NCBI GenBank assembly: GCA_963706575.1
Contig: CAVPNL010000006.1
Span: 896,001-960,000, forward strand
DNA length: 64,000 nucleotides
Direction of reading: 5' to 3'
Origin: an uncultured delta proteobacterium
GTDB taxonomy: Bacteria; Desulfobacterota; Desulfobacteria; Desulfobacterales; JAHEIW01
Shown here: positions 31,833-40,868 of the stretch, one piece after another
Position numbering within the stretch: position 1 is the first letter of the stretch
How the letters are laid out: each line of letters starts with the position of its first letter
Program-made: the position numbers and the translations under genes
Notes under the pieces: generated by a model
The model's input: only the letters and a program-made list of their open reading frames with translations
Database searches by the model: none
What the model was told of the DNA's origin: nothing

Positions 31833-32918
31833 TCACGAATCAGTTTGATAGCTTAAAATTTTGCAGGACCATTTGCCGGTTTTTTCATTTTTTAACCGTT
31901 GGACCACTGCGGTTGTGGTCAGCACGGAATCATTTACTTTTGCCGTCGAAATAATCCTGAAAATGTCACTTGCCGTGGTGATCAAATTTTTATCCAGATT
32001 CATTGCGCTAAATCCGGCAATGTTTTTATACCATGTTGGGTCCGATAAGTCAGGGGCATCTTTGCCGCTTGCGGCTTCCTGGCGCCATTCGAAAAAGCCC
32101 AGGGCCAAGTCCGCGTTTTCAGACGGCAGCATCGAGACGAGTACCGGAAGCGGTGCGGTGTTGATGTTTATCTTTCCGGTAAAGGTAAACGATGTGCCGG
32201 CCCCCGCTGTCATGCCGTATACGGTCAATGAGTCCGCTATTGCGGGCGTTTCCGTGCTGCCGTAAAATAATTCGGGCGTGATGCCCTTGACCAGCAACAA
32301 ATCATTGATGTCCGCTATCGGACCGTTGCGACTGCTGTAGGCGGGGCTCAAATCCTGATAATATGTGGATTCGGCACCGCTTAATCCCGTAATGGCTTCA
32401 TCATCGCCGGAATCAAGCCAGTCTTTCAGTGAATTGATAATTGCCGGTGGCTGACTGTCTTCCGGCGTTTCTTCACCGGCATCCTTAAAAATGTTAAAAT
32501 ACCGCTCCAGAAGCTGGCGCTGGGAATCGTTAAAATTCCGGCTGTCGGGAAACGCGACCAGGGCGTTTACCTGAATACGGCCCATTTCGTCGGAAATGGC
32601 GACCGAAAGCGTTCCGTCATCAAAAGGGATTTCGCTCAGCAACTCGTTTATTTTGTCTGGATTTGCCCAGTCCTCCTGTAAAGAGTCGATATTTGACTCT
32701 GCCCGGTCTTTTGCCAGCAGCGCCATGGCGGCATGAATACCGGAAGTTGCCATTTGAGAAAGGGTCAGGCGATCCCGTGCAGCGGCTGCCGAAAGAACCG
32801 CAAAACGTGCCCGACGATTGTATTCCAGTGCCGTAGCGACAAGAATGGTTGTTACGGAAATGACCAGCAAAAGGGCAATGCCGCGTTCATTACCGATCGT
32901 TTTGGTCATGTTTACCAT
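31833..32918 (-). CDS. gspK: Minor pseudopilin GspK
   Basis: NERGIALLLVI, DEMGRIQVNAL, DWLDSGDD, GAES, LLLVKGIT, KININTA. Confidence 0.9.
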   Translation of the reverse strand: MVNMTKTIGNERGIALLLVISVTTILVATALEYNRRARFAVLSAAAARDRLTLSQMATSGIHAAMALLAKDRAESNIDSLQEDWANPDKINELLSEIPFDDGTLSVAISDEMGRIQVNALVAFPDSRNFNDSQRQLLERYFNIFKDAGEETPEDSQPPAIINSLKDWLDSGDDEAITGLSGAESTYYQDLSPAYSSRNGPIADINDLLLVKGITPELFYGSTETPAIADSLTVYGMTAGAGTSFTFTGKININTAPLPVLVSMLPSENADLALGFFEWRQEAASGKDAPDLSDPTWYKNIAGFSAMNLDKNLITTASDIFRIISTAKVNDSVLTTTAVVQRLKNEKTGKWSCKILSYQTDS

Positions 32919-32921
32919 TTC

Positions 32922-33764
32922 TTAATCGATTTTCTCCCGGGATACGGGCAAAGACACCATGGTTTCAAAGGTTTGCGATACCTTTTTATTTGCCAATTCC
33001 AGTTTTATGGCAATTGCTTTCGGTGTCGCATAGCCGAATTCATCCGAGTCCGAATCCCAGACATCGAATTCGATCCCATCTTTGTCATAAAATTTAAATG
33101 ACAAGGATTTGACGTACTTACACAATGCCGGGTCACTGCCTTTTTCTTCAAATTCAGGATATGGGAAAAGGTTATCCGCCCGTTTCAGCGTCAGATGCCC
33201 GTCATCTCCGGCTTTAACGTAATATATGATTTCAGCAATTCCTTGTCTGATAATTTTCTCAAAACCAACATGGGCCCGGCTGGTGAATCTTAAATTTTGT
33301 GCAAATCCCGTGCCACCGGAATCAGCGACGGTGGCGACAAATCGATACGGATCCGGCGGCTGATCGAATTCAGGCGGCTTATAAATCGGTCGCTGGGCAA
33401 CGTGGATCGACTCCAGGTCAAGCGACATGCGTTTCAGGCAGTTTTTCGCCATTTCATATATATCCGCACTTTCGTCTAACACTTCTGTGGTTGAAAATAC
33501 GGAATTAAACGATGCCAGAACAGTCGTCACCACGATTGCCAGTATCGCGGTCGCCACCAGGATTTCCATCAAGGTGAAACCTGCAACTGGTTTCTGGCTA
33601 ATGGTTTCTGGCCTCTGGTAGCTGGCTTCTGGCGAATGGCTTCTGGCTTCTGGCTGCCGGTTGCTGTTCGCCAGAAATTTGAAGTCTAAAATGTGGAACT
33701 GAACCATAAATAACCCATAAATTGGATAATTTAAATCAGACGTTAATCTTATTAAATTCCGCAA
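32922..33764 (-). CDS. gspJ: Minor pseudopilin GspJ (start uncertain)
   Basis: GFTLMEILVA N-methylation motif and synteny. Confidence 0.8.
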   Translation of the reverse strand: MRNLIRLTSDLNYPIYGLFMVQFHILDFKFLANSNRQPEARSHSPEASYQRPETISQKPVAGFTLMEILVATAILAIVVTTVLASFNSVFSTTEVLDESADIYEMAKNCLKRMSLDLESIHVAQRPIYKPPEFDQPPDPYRFVATVADSGGTGFAQNLRFTSRAHVGFEKIIRQGIAEIIYYVKAGDDGHLTLKRADNLFPYPEFEEKGSDPALCKYVKSLSFKFYDKDGIEFDVWDSDSDEFGYATPKAIAIKLELANKKVSQTFETMVSLPVSREKID

Positions 33765-33793
33765 TGCGAATTCCGCAATCCGAATTCGAACAG

Positions 33794-34219
33794 CTATTCC
33801 CTTTGAAACCGATACGTTCTTAAACTGTGTGAAAATTGGTTGTTGTTATACGATATAGTGAGGTCGACTTGCTTTAAATCATTGGCAACTTCCCCCAGCA
33901 CCTCAGAGGATACATCGGCTACTGAAGTCCGCCAGCTATAGCCCGGGTATTGCTCGCCGAAGTCGCCTGAATCGTTCGGGAAACCGTCTGATGAAAGGGT
34001 TTCCAGTTCAGCCATCTTGTTTTGGGCCAACAGGGGAGCCAGGGTATAAAACCGGGCCGCGGTGTTCATGGTCAAACTCTGGGAGTGCATTCGGTACACG
34101 CTCACCAGAACGATTGACATAACCGCCAGGGCAATCATGACTTCAAGCAATGTAAAACCGAATGCGGTTGGTGAAAACCCGGGCAGGTCCTTGAGATATC
34201 GATGTTTGAATCCAGTCAT
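33794..34219 (-). CDS. gspI: Minor pseudopilin GspI
   Basis: GFTLLEVMIALAV, LLAQNKMAELE. Confidence 0.85.
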   Translation of the reverse strand: MTGFKHRYLKDLPGFSPTAFGFTLLEVMIALAVMSIVLVSVYRMHSQSLTMNTAARFYTLAPLLAQNKMAELETLSSDGFPNDSGDFGEQYPGYSWRTSVADVSSEVLGEVANDLKQVDLTISYNNNQFSHSLRTYRFQRE

Positions 34220-34403
34220 TGGGCGTATACTTTATTATACATCTTCAATCCACACTATTATACAAAATTTGACACCAAATATACAGTTTTATTTATAAAA
34301 AATATGGAGAAATTTTTGTGCTTGAGATTCCGGGCAAAATCGAAGTCGGCTAGTGGATAGAAAGATGGTTTCGGATTTTAGGTTATTCATTTAGACCGCT
34401 GAT

Positions 34404-34985
34404 TCAATTTTCAAAACTGGCATACATCTCGTAGCGAGTCACTTCAGAAATAAAAGGCTCGATCAGATAGGATACATATTTGTCTCCGTCTTGAATGTGG
34501 ATCAGGACCTTATCCGAGGTGCCGTTTTTATAAAACCAGATATCGGTCTGCCCCGAATTTATTTTGCCGCGAATGGGGTATTCGATATCAGCGATTTTAA
34601 GGCCGCTCGGGAGGGAACTGGCATTCAACGAAGCGTTTTCAAGTTCTTCAGCCGACATGGAGGCATCGGTTTCCCAGAACTGTTCCGTATCCAGGTTGAT
34701 ATGTAGCGAATATTGCTTTTGATTGCGGAGCGCCGCTTCTTTTAATGCCTGAATTTTGCCGATAATCCATCGCGAACCTGTTTTGGTTTTGTCCAGCAAC
34801 AAGGTTTCATGGAAACGGGGGACGGTAAAAATGAGCATGATACCCAACAACGACATGACCACAATCAGCTCCAGCAGCGTAAAACCGTTCCGGTGTCCGT
34901 TGTCAGTCGTCCGTGGTCCGTTGTTGAGAGCTATTTGGGTTTTACAATATTCTAATAGCATTTTGAAAAGGTTCAAATCTGACAA
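34404..34985 (-). CDS. gspH: Minor pseudopilin GspH
   Basis: GFTLLELIVVM and synteny. Confidence 0.8.
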   Translation of the reverse strand: MSDLNLFKMLLEYCKTQIALNNGPRTTDNGHRNGFTLLELIVVMSLLGIMLIFTVPRFHETLLLDKTKTGSRWIIGKIQALKEAALRNQKQYSLHINLDTEQFWETDASMSAEELENASLNASSLPSGLKIADIEYPIRGKINSGQTDIWFYKNGTSDKVLIHIQDGDKYVSYLIEPFISEVTRYEMYASFEN

Positions 34986-34991
34986 AATTCT

Positions 34992-35441
34992 TTATTCTAT
35001 TTCCCAATTGTTAATATCCTGATCATCCTCCCCTTCGCCGCCGGGTGCGCCATCTTTCCCGTAGGAAATTAAATCAAAGTCGCTATTTACACCCGGGGAA
35101 ATATATACAAATTCGTTTCCCCAGGGATCTTTCGGCACCTTGCGCTTTTCGAGATATCCGCCTTCGCGCCATTTTTTCGGTATTACTCCGGTCTCGGGTT
35201 TTTCAACCAGCGCCACAAGTCCCTGTTCAGTTGACGGGTATTCGCCATTGTCAAGTTTGTACATTTTTAGAGCGGTCTCAAAGGTGGTGATATCCATTTT
35301 GGCTTTTACGCGTTTTGCTTTATCGGGTTCCCCCATTATTTTGGGGCCGACGTAGAGTGCCAGGATGCCGAGTATGATCACAACAACCATTAATTCTATT
35401 AAAGTAAATCCACGGCTGTCATGTTTAATCCTTTGAAGCAT
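34992..35441 (-). CDS. gspG: Major pseudopilin GspG
   Basis: [45 protein letters not shown]. Confidence 0.95.
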   Translation of the reverse strand: MLQRIKHDSRGFTLIELMVVVIILGILALYVGPKIMGEPDKAKRVKAKMDITTFETALKMYKLDNGEYPSTEQGLVALVEKPETGVIPKKWREGGYLEKRKVPKDPWGNEFVYISPGVNSDFDLISYGKDGAPGGEGEDDQDINNWEIE

Positions 35442-35738
35442 ATTTAGTTTGCTCCTTTAAAATTTTAAATGATATGAATGGGTCGCTTAAACGGAAGCAT
35501 TGACCGCTTGCAATCAAGGAGTGCCTAAACTCCTAAAACACATATAAAGATTTTTCAACAATAGAATATCAGGTTTCAAAACGTATGTCATCCAATTATC
35601 TAACGATGTGTTTCGAGACATAAAAAATTTTGTTGATTGCTGAAAGGGAGTCTATTATATAGAATTAGCCAGGGGGGGTTTACCTGCACGCGCATCTGCA
35701 AACGATTCTTACCGCCAACCCTTAAAATACGTAGCGTC

Positions 35739-36647
35739 ATGACCCTTACAAAAACCGATATTATTGGGGCCGTGTCCGACCGTACGGGATTCAGCAAGAA
35801 AAAATCCCGCCTTTCCGTAAATAGCCTTATCGAAATCATCAAAAGTACGCTTGAATCCGATCAGAACATCAAAATCGGTCATTTTGGCAAATTCGATATC
35901 AAAGAAAAGAAAGCGCGCCCATGGCGCAGCCCCTTTACCGGCAAGATCATGATGCTTCCCCCCCGGCGGGTGGTGACGTTTAAGCCTTTTAAGCGGCTAA
36001 AAGATAAAATCAATACGCAGCCCATCAGCATTGAGCCCCAAGAACGTTCTCGCGCAAAAATTCGTCCGATCCGAACGGGTGCCTTAACAAAGGATGAATT
36101 AAAGAAAATTTTAACTGAGCACAGACGCTGGCTGGATTCCCAGGGTAAAAGCGGGGAAAAGGCCGTCCTGTCGCACGCGACGCTTTTCAGAGCCGATCTG
36201 TATGCAGCCAAACTTTCCTTTATCGACTTTCAAGGCGCTGATCTGCGGGAAGCCGTTTTATCAGAAGCCGATCTCTATGATGCCAATCTTCGGGACACCA
36301 ATCTGGCCGATGCTGTCCTTGATTGGGCTAGTCTTGATGGCGCCAAACTTCAGCGAGCTTCTCTCCAAGGGGCTGATCTTCGATGGGCCAATCTTGAAGG
36401 CGCCAATTTGTCAGGCTGCAACCTCCGATTCGCCAACCTGGAAGGTGCCAATCTCAAAGACGCGAAGTTAACTGAGGCGAATCTATATGGTGCGAACCTG
36501 ACAAATACAGATTTGAAGGGTGCCATACTGGCCAAGATCAAGCTGGATTATGAAACCCAGTTAAATCTGCCGCAATCCGTTTTCGACAAATACCGGCAAA
36601 CCTTTCGGATTCTGGAATGGTCACCGGCCCTATCACCGTCTTATTAA
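35739..36647 (+). CDS. IHF/HU-like DNA-binding domain fused to a pentapeptide-repeat domain
   Basis: MTLTKTDII..IKIGHFGKFDIKEKKARPWRSPFTG..RRVVTFKP, then ELKKILTEHRRWLDSQG and about 20 A(D/N)Lxx repeats. Confidence 0.85.
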   Translation: MTLTKTDIIGAVSDRTGFSKKKSRLSVNSLIEIIKSTLESDQNIKIGHFGKFDIKEKKARPWRSPFTGKIMMLPPRRVVTFKPFKRLKDKINTQPISIEPQERSRAKIRPIRTGALTKDELKKILTEHRRWLDSQGKSGEKAVLSHATLFRADLYAAKLSFIDFQGADLREAVLSEADLYDANLRDTNLADAVLDWASLDGAKLQRASLQGADLRWANLEGANLSGCNLRFANLEGANLKDAKLTEANLYGANLTNTDLKGAILAKIKLDYETQLNLPQSVFDKYRQTFRILEWSPALSPSY

Positions 36648-36719
36648 CTCCAGGTCGACTTTTATAATTCATTCACCTGATCTCGGTAAATATAGCTCAT
36701 AACTGCTGGCTTACCGGGT

Positions 36720-36792
36720 CCATGTACTGTCGTTTTCCGCCATGAGTTGTCCTCCTGGAGCCATGAGCTGTCGCTCTGCACCATGAGCTGGC
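36720..36792. repeat. Four phased 12-bp direct repeats (CCATGWRYTGKC), period 20/21/20 bp
   Basis: ccatgtactgtc 36720, ccatgagttgtc 36740, ccatgagctgtc 36761, ccatgagctggc 36781. Confidence 0.8.
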
Positions 36793-36959
36793 AAGGCTTT
36801 CTTTTTTTATTCACTAAGCGCTTGCGCCATTGCGGTGTATGGTATAAAATTGTTTTATAATCGCTCATCAAAAATACAGTCACCTGGCCTCTCAGCACAT
36901 GCCACGCCAGTGCAATTTCCATTTGTTGCTCTATCCCGATTGGCCGACTTATTAGCAAG

Positions 36960-39302
36960 ATGGCTTCAAAGCGCAAATCAAAAAAATCTGTCTCGAAGAT
37001 TCCGCCTAAAACGGCAGAGTATGTTGTCGCGGTGTCCCTGCAGCACCCCAAACTGGGTGCCCGGCGTCTAGTGCCGCTGCTGAAAAAGAAGCGCATACCC
37101 GTATCCGCCGCATCCATCCAGAGCATCCTGCGCCGCGAGGGCCTCCAGAACTGTGAAAAGCGGCTGGCGAAGCTCAAAATGCAGGCACAGAAACCCAAAT
37201 CGATCCCAAAGAAACCTTCCGCCAGGATCCCGGACAAAGTTGCCGGGCGTATCGTCGCGGTATCGCTGAAAAACCCTGAGATGGGTGCCCGACGCCTGGT
37301 GCCGTTGCTGAAAAAAAAGCGGATATCCGTATCCGCCGCAACCGTCCAGAGCGTCCTGCGCCGCGAAGGCCTTCAAAGCCGTGACAGGCGGCTGGCGCAG
37401 ATCAAGAGGCGCGCCCAAAAGGCCCAAAAACCCAAATCACCGCCAAAGAAGCCTGAAACCAAAATCACCGACGAGGTTACTGATCGTATCGTCGCGATCG
37501 CCCTGCAGAACCCCGATTTCGGCGCCCAACGGTTGCTGCCGATATTGAAAAAGGAAAAAATCCGAATTCCCGCTTCGACGGTCTATGCGGTATTGAAGCG
37601 TCATGGTCTGCAGTCCCGTGCTGCGAGAATGGCGAAACTGGAGGAGCGGAGCAAAGCGGCCCCCAAGCCCGAGTCGCCGCCTAAAAGGACTTTGCCCAGA
37701 ATCACCGATGAGGTTGCCGGGCACATTTGCGAGATATCTCTGCAAAACCCCGATTTGGGAGCCAAACGCCTGGCACCTCTGCTGAAAGAACACGGAATAT
37801 CTGTATCCGCATCGGCTGTCTATCGTATTCTAAAGCATTACCAACTGCAAACGCTTGCAAAACGGTACGCCAAAGTCGCGAAAATCACCTCGGAACCGGT
37901 GATCATTCCAAAGACATTTCCCGAAAAGATTCCGCCCGAGGTCGAAGACCGCATTTCCGAGATTTCTTTGCAAAATCCCGAATGTGGTTCCCGGCGCCTG
38001 ATACCGTTATTGCAGCAGGAGGAAATTTTTGTTTCGGCCTCTGCTGTTTATCGGATCCTGAAGCGCAACAATCTAGAAAATCTGCAAAAAAGGCTTTTGA
38101 AACGCGAAGCGCTGCAGGCCCCGGAGACCCCGCCTGAACCCGAAATAGAGGGGCCCCAAGCTATCGCTGAAGCGGCGGAAATAGAACCGACCGCGGCTGT
38201 GGACCAAGGGCCGGAGCCGGTTTTCGAGCCTGCGGTTACCGTCCCGATTCCGCCCGTGGATAAAGCGCCTGCTCCTGCGGAGGAGCCGGAGCCCACACTG
38301 GAACCTGCGGTGGCTGAAGCCGTTAAAGCCGCTGCACCTGCTAAATCCGAACGATCACCTGTTCGAAAAGCACCTGTAAAAACAATTAGAAAAAGGAGCC
38401 ACTGGGTTTTCTATCCGCTCTATCTTCTGCTGTTTCTTCTGATCGGATATCTGGGGTTGCACGCCGTACAGAGCATCCAATATGCCCGGCTGGATACCGA
38501 AGCCATGCAAATCGATGCTTCTGTTGCGGTCGGTGTCGCTGCAAAAACGGTGACCGCCGCGCAGCCTCTTGACGGTTACCGTCAAATCTGGGAGCGCAAC
38601 CTGTTTAATACCGGCAGTGTCAAGGAGCCCGATCCGGCGGAAAAAATTGCCCTCGCCAGGCTCGCGCCGGCTAAAAAGGGCCTGGGCCTCGAACTGGTGG
38701 GAACGGTGGTGGCTGACAACCCCAAAATGAGTCGCGCCATCATTGACAATCGCAGCATTCGAAAGCAGGAAGCCTACCGTGAAGGGGAAACGGCCGGAAA
38801 GGTCCGCATTAAAAGAATATTGCGCAACAACGTGGTCATTACCACCGATAAAGGCGACGAGCTGCTCACGGTCGAGATCAAAGAATCCGGCAGAAGCGCT
38901 CCTTCCACACAGACACAACAAATTGGCAGCCAGTCATCTTCAACCCAACAGGCAACCGGGACCCGGCAGCAAAGCGCCAGAACCAGTTCCATTAGACTCA
39001 AGCGCGACGAGGTCGCGGCTTCCCTTGCCGATATCGACGGATTAATGGAGAAGATGAAGATTGCGCCTCATAAAAGCGGAGATCAAGCGGCCGGCTTCAG
39101 GCTTGGCAGTATAACGCGTGACAGTGTTCTGCGACAAATGGGGCTGCGCAGCCGGGATGTGATTGTGGGCCTAGATGACGAAACAATCACCAGCCCGGAT
39201 CAGGCCCCGGACTTTTTCAAAAAGCTTGCTGACGGGGGTGAAGTTACCATCAAACTCAAACGCCGCCGCCGCACCCGCCAGATAAAACTCAACATCGAAT
39301 GA
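36960..39302 (+). CDS. GspC paralogue with five N-terminal IS481-like HTH repeats, Pro/Glu linker, TM, HR and PDZ domains
   Basis: Five repeats of 76-79 aa (I..ISLQNP..GARRL.PLL....I.VSAS.VY.IL.R..LQ...R), TM WVFYPLYLLLFLLIGYLGL, and a C-terminal region that aligns by eye with GspC 27884..28768. Confidence 0.85.
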   Translation: MASKRKSKKSVSKIPPKTAEYVVAVSLQHPKLGARRLVPLLKKKRIPVSAASIQSILRREGLQNCEKRLAKLKMQAQKPKSIPKKPSARIPDKVAGRIVAVSLKNPEMGARRLVPLLKKKRISVSAATVQSVLRREGLQSRDRRLAQIKRRAQKAQKPKSPPKKPETKITDEVTDRIVAIALQNPDFGAQRLLPILKKEKIRIPASTVYAVLKRHGLQSRAARMAKLEERSKAAPKPESPPKRTLPRITDEVAGHICEISLQNPDLGAKRLAPLLKEHGISVSASAVYRILKHYQLQTLAKRYAKVAKITSEPVIIPKTFPEKIPPEVEDRISEISLQNPECGSRRLIPLLQQEEIFVSASAVYRILKRNNLENLQKRLLKREALQAPETPPEPEIEGPQAIAEAAEIEPTAAVDQGPEPVFEPAVTVPIPPVDKAPAPAEEPEPTLEPAVAEAVKAAAPAKSERSPVRKAPVKTIRKRSHWVFYPLYLLLFLLIGYLGLHAVQSIQYARLDTEAMQIDASVAVGVAAKTVTAAQPLDGYRQIWERNLFNTGSVKEPDPAEKIALARLAPAKKGLGLELVGTVVADNPKMSRAIIDNRSIRKQEAYREGETAGKVRIKRILRNNVVITTDKGDELLTVEIKESGRSAPSTQTQQIGSQSSSTQQATGTRQQSARTSSIRLKRDEVAASLADIDGLMEKMKIAPHKSGDQAAGFRLGSITRDSVLRQMGLRSRDVIVGLDDETITSPDQAPDFFKKLADGGEVTIKLKRRRRTRQIKLNIE

Positions 39303-39389
39303 CCCGGGCAGTGATTTAACATTCTTTGATCGCAGAGATGGGTTCTGATTAGAAGTGGTTTCAAAACCACTTATAGGAAAGGTGCCCAA

Positions 39390-40616
39390 CTAACGGATCA
39401 GCTGATTCATTTCAAAGATGGGCAGGCAAATCGAAAGCACGATGAATCCGACTATGCAGCCCATTACCAGGATCATGACCGGTTCCAGGTAAGACGTCAG
39501 CCTCAGGATGCTGTTTTCGGCCTCTTTTTCAAAAATATCGGCAATTTTATTGAGCATGCCTTCCAATTCACCGCTTTGCTCTCCAACCTGAATCATCTGG
39601 ATGGACAACTGCGGAAAAACCTTGCTTTCGTTCAACGCCGCCCATAACGCCTGCCCTTTGCCGACCTCCTGGGCTGCTTTTTGCACGGCATTGGAAATCA
39701 ACACATTGCCGGCGATATTTTTGACGATATCCAGCGCAATTAACATGGAGACGCCGTTTTCAAGCAGAGAACCCAGTGTCCGGGTAAAGCGGGCGACCGC
39801 CAGTTTTTTTACCAAAACGCCAAAGACCGGCAACGAAAGCAGGGTTTTATCGTAAACGTAACGACCGTTTTCGGTTTTCTTGACGCGATGCAGGGTGATG
39901 CCGGCACCAATTACGATCATAAGGATAACCCACCAAAACGATTTAAAAAATTCACTTAAAAAAATGAGCAACCGCGTCGGAGTCGGCAGGACCTGGTTCA
40001 TGTCCATAAAAATAGCGGTGATACTGGGCACAATGTAGGTTAAAAGCACAAACAACACCAGGGTACCGATGATACACATGAAGAGGGGATATGCCAGGGC
40101 GGTTTGAATACGATTGCTTAAATCCTGCGCTTTTTCGGTAATGTCTGCCAGGCGTTCAAGCACAATTTCGAGTGTGCCGGAAGTCTCGCCGGCGCGGACC
40201 ATGTTGATAAACAGGGGGGGAAAAATTCCCGGATACTGCGATAAGGCCTGCGCAAAATTCTGGCCTTCAACAATGGCATCTTTAACCTGGGCCAGTACCG
40301 TTTTAAGGCGACGGGATTTGGTTTGGGGCACCAATGCATCGATTGCAGAGACCAGCGGGAAACCGGCGCTAATCAATGTTGCCAGCTGCCGGGTCATTAT
40401 GGAGGTTTCGGCGGGTTTGACCCGGGTCAGATAGCGCGACAGACCAAGGTTTCGGGACGCTTTTTTTACCGGCTCCTCCTGGGATTCTTTGATGGCAACC
40501 GGGAAGATACCGCTTGAGCGTAATTTCTGGCGTGCGGCACGTGCACCGTCGGCGTCGATAATACCGGAGGTTGTTTTTCCTTTGGCATCCAGTGCCGTAT
40601 ATTCATAGACGGGCAT
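39390..40616 (-). CDS. gspF: Type II secretion inner-membrane platform protein GspF
   Basis: MPVYEYTALD, TRQLATLISAG, MVRAGETSG, ALAYP, VGEQSGEL, LEPVMI. Confidence 0.95.
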   Translation of the reverse strand: MPVYEYTALDAKGKTTSGIIDADGARAARQKLRSSGIFPVAIKESQEEPVKKASRNLGLSRYLTRVKPAETSIMTRQLATLISAGFPLVSAIDALVPQTKSRRLKTVLAQVKDAIVEGQNFAQALSQYPGIFPPLFINMVRAGETSGTLEIVLERLADITEKAQDLSNRIQTALAYPLFMCIIGTLVLFVLLTYIVPSITAIFMDMNQVLPTPTRLLIFLSEFFKSFWWVILMIVIGAGITLHRVKKTENGRYVYDKTLLSLPVFGVLVKKLAVARFTRTLGSLLENGVSMLIALDIVKNIAGNVLISNAVQKAAQEVGKGQALWAALNESKVFPQLSIQMIQVGEQSGELEGMLNKIADIFEKEAENSILRLTSYLEPVMILVMGCIVGFIVLSICLPIFEMNQLIR

Positions 40617-40683
40617 TTTAAATTTGTCGTGTAATCTCGGTAATTTTTAATCGGTTCGGGTCATGCAATCCAAAATATAACAT

Positions 40684-40825
40684 GAACCTATCTCAAAAAT
40701 AGGATTTTGGTTCAAGATCGCGGCGGGGCCGAGCTTTAAACCGGAGGCATACTGTTGTATGTTGAGGATTTAAAGCGAGGCACCAACAAAGATATTGGAC
40801 CAAAAGACATTTTTGAGGTAGGTTC
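40684..40825. mobile_element. 142-bp MITE-like element, copy 1 (opposite orientation to copies 2 and 3)
   Basis: TIRs gaacctatctcaaaaat / atttttgaggtaggttc. The interior is the reverse complement of copies at 45881 and 61848. Confidence 0.85.
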
Positions 40826-40868
40826 ATGTTAAGAATATTACGGTATCGGTTAATTATCAACTGGAAAA

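Noticed and set aside
36720..36792. Possible mini-CRISPR
   Set aside because: Repeats of 12 bp with 8-9 bp gaps are far too short.
36960..38110. Active IS481 transposase or insertion sequence
   Set aside because: There is no DDE/integrase core and no TIRs, and the ORF continues in frame into TM and GspC domains.
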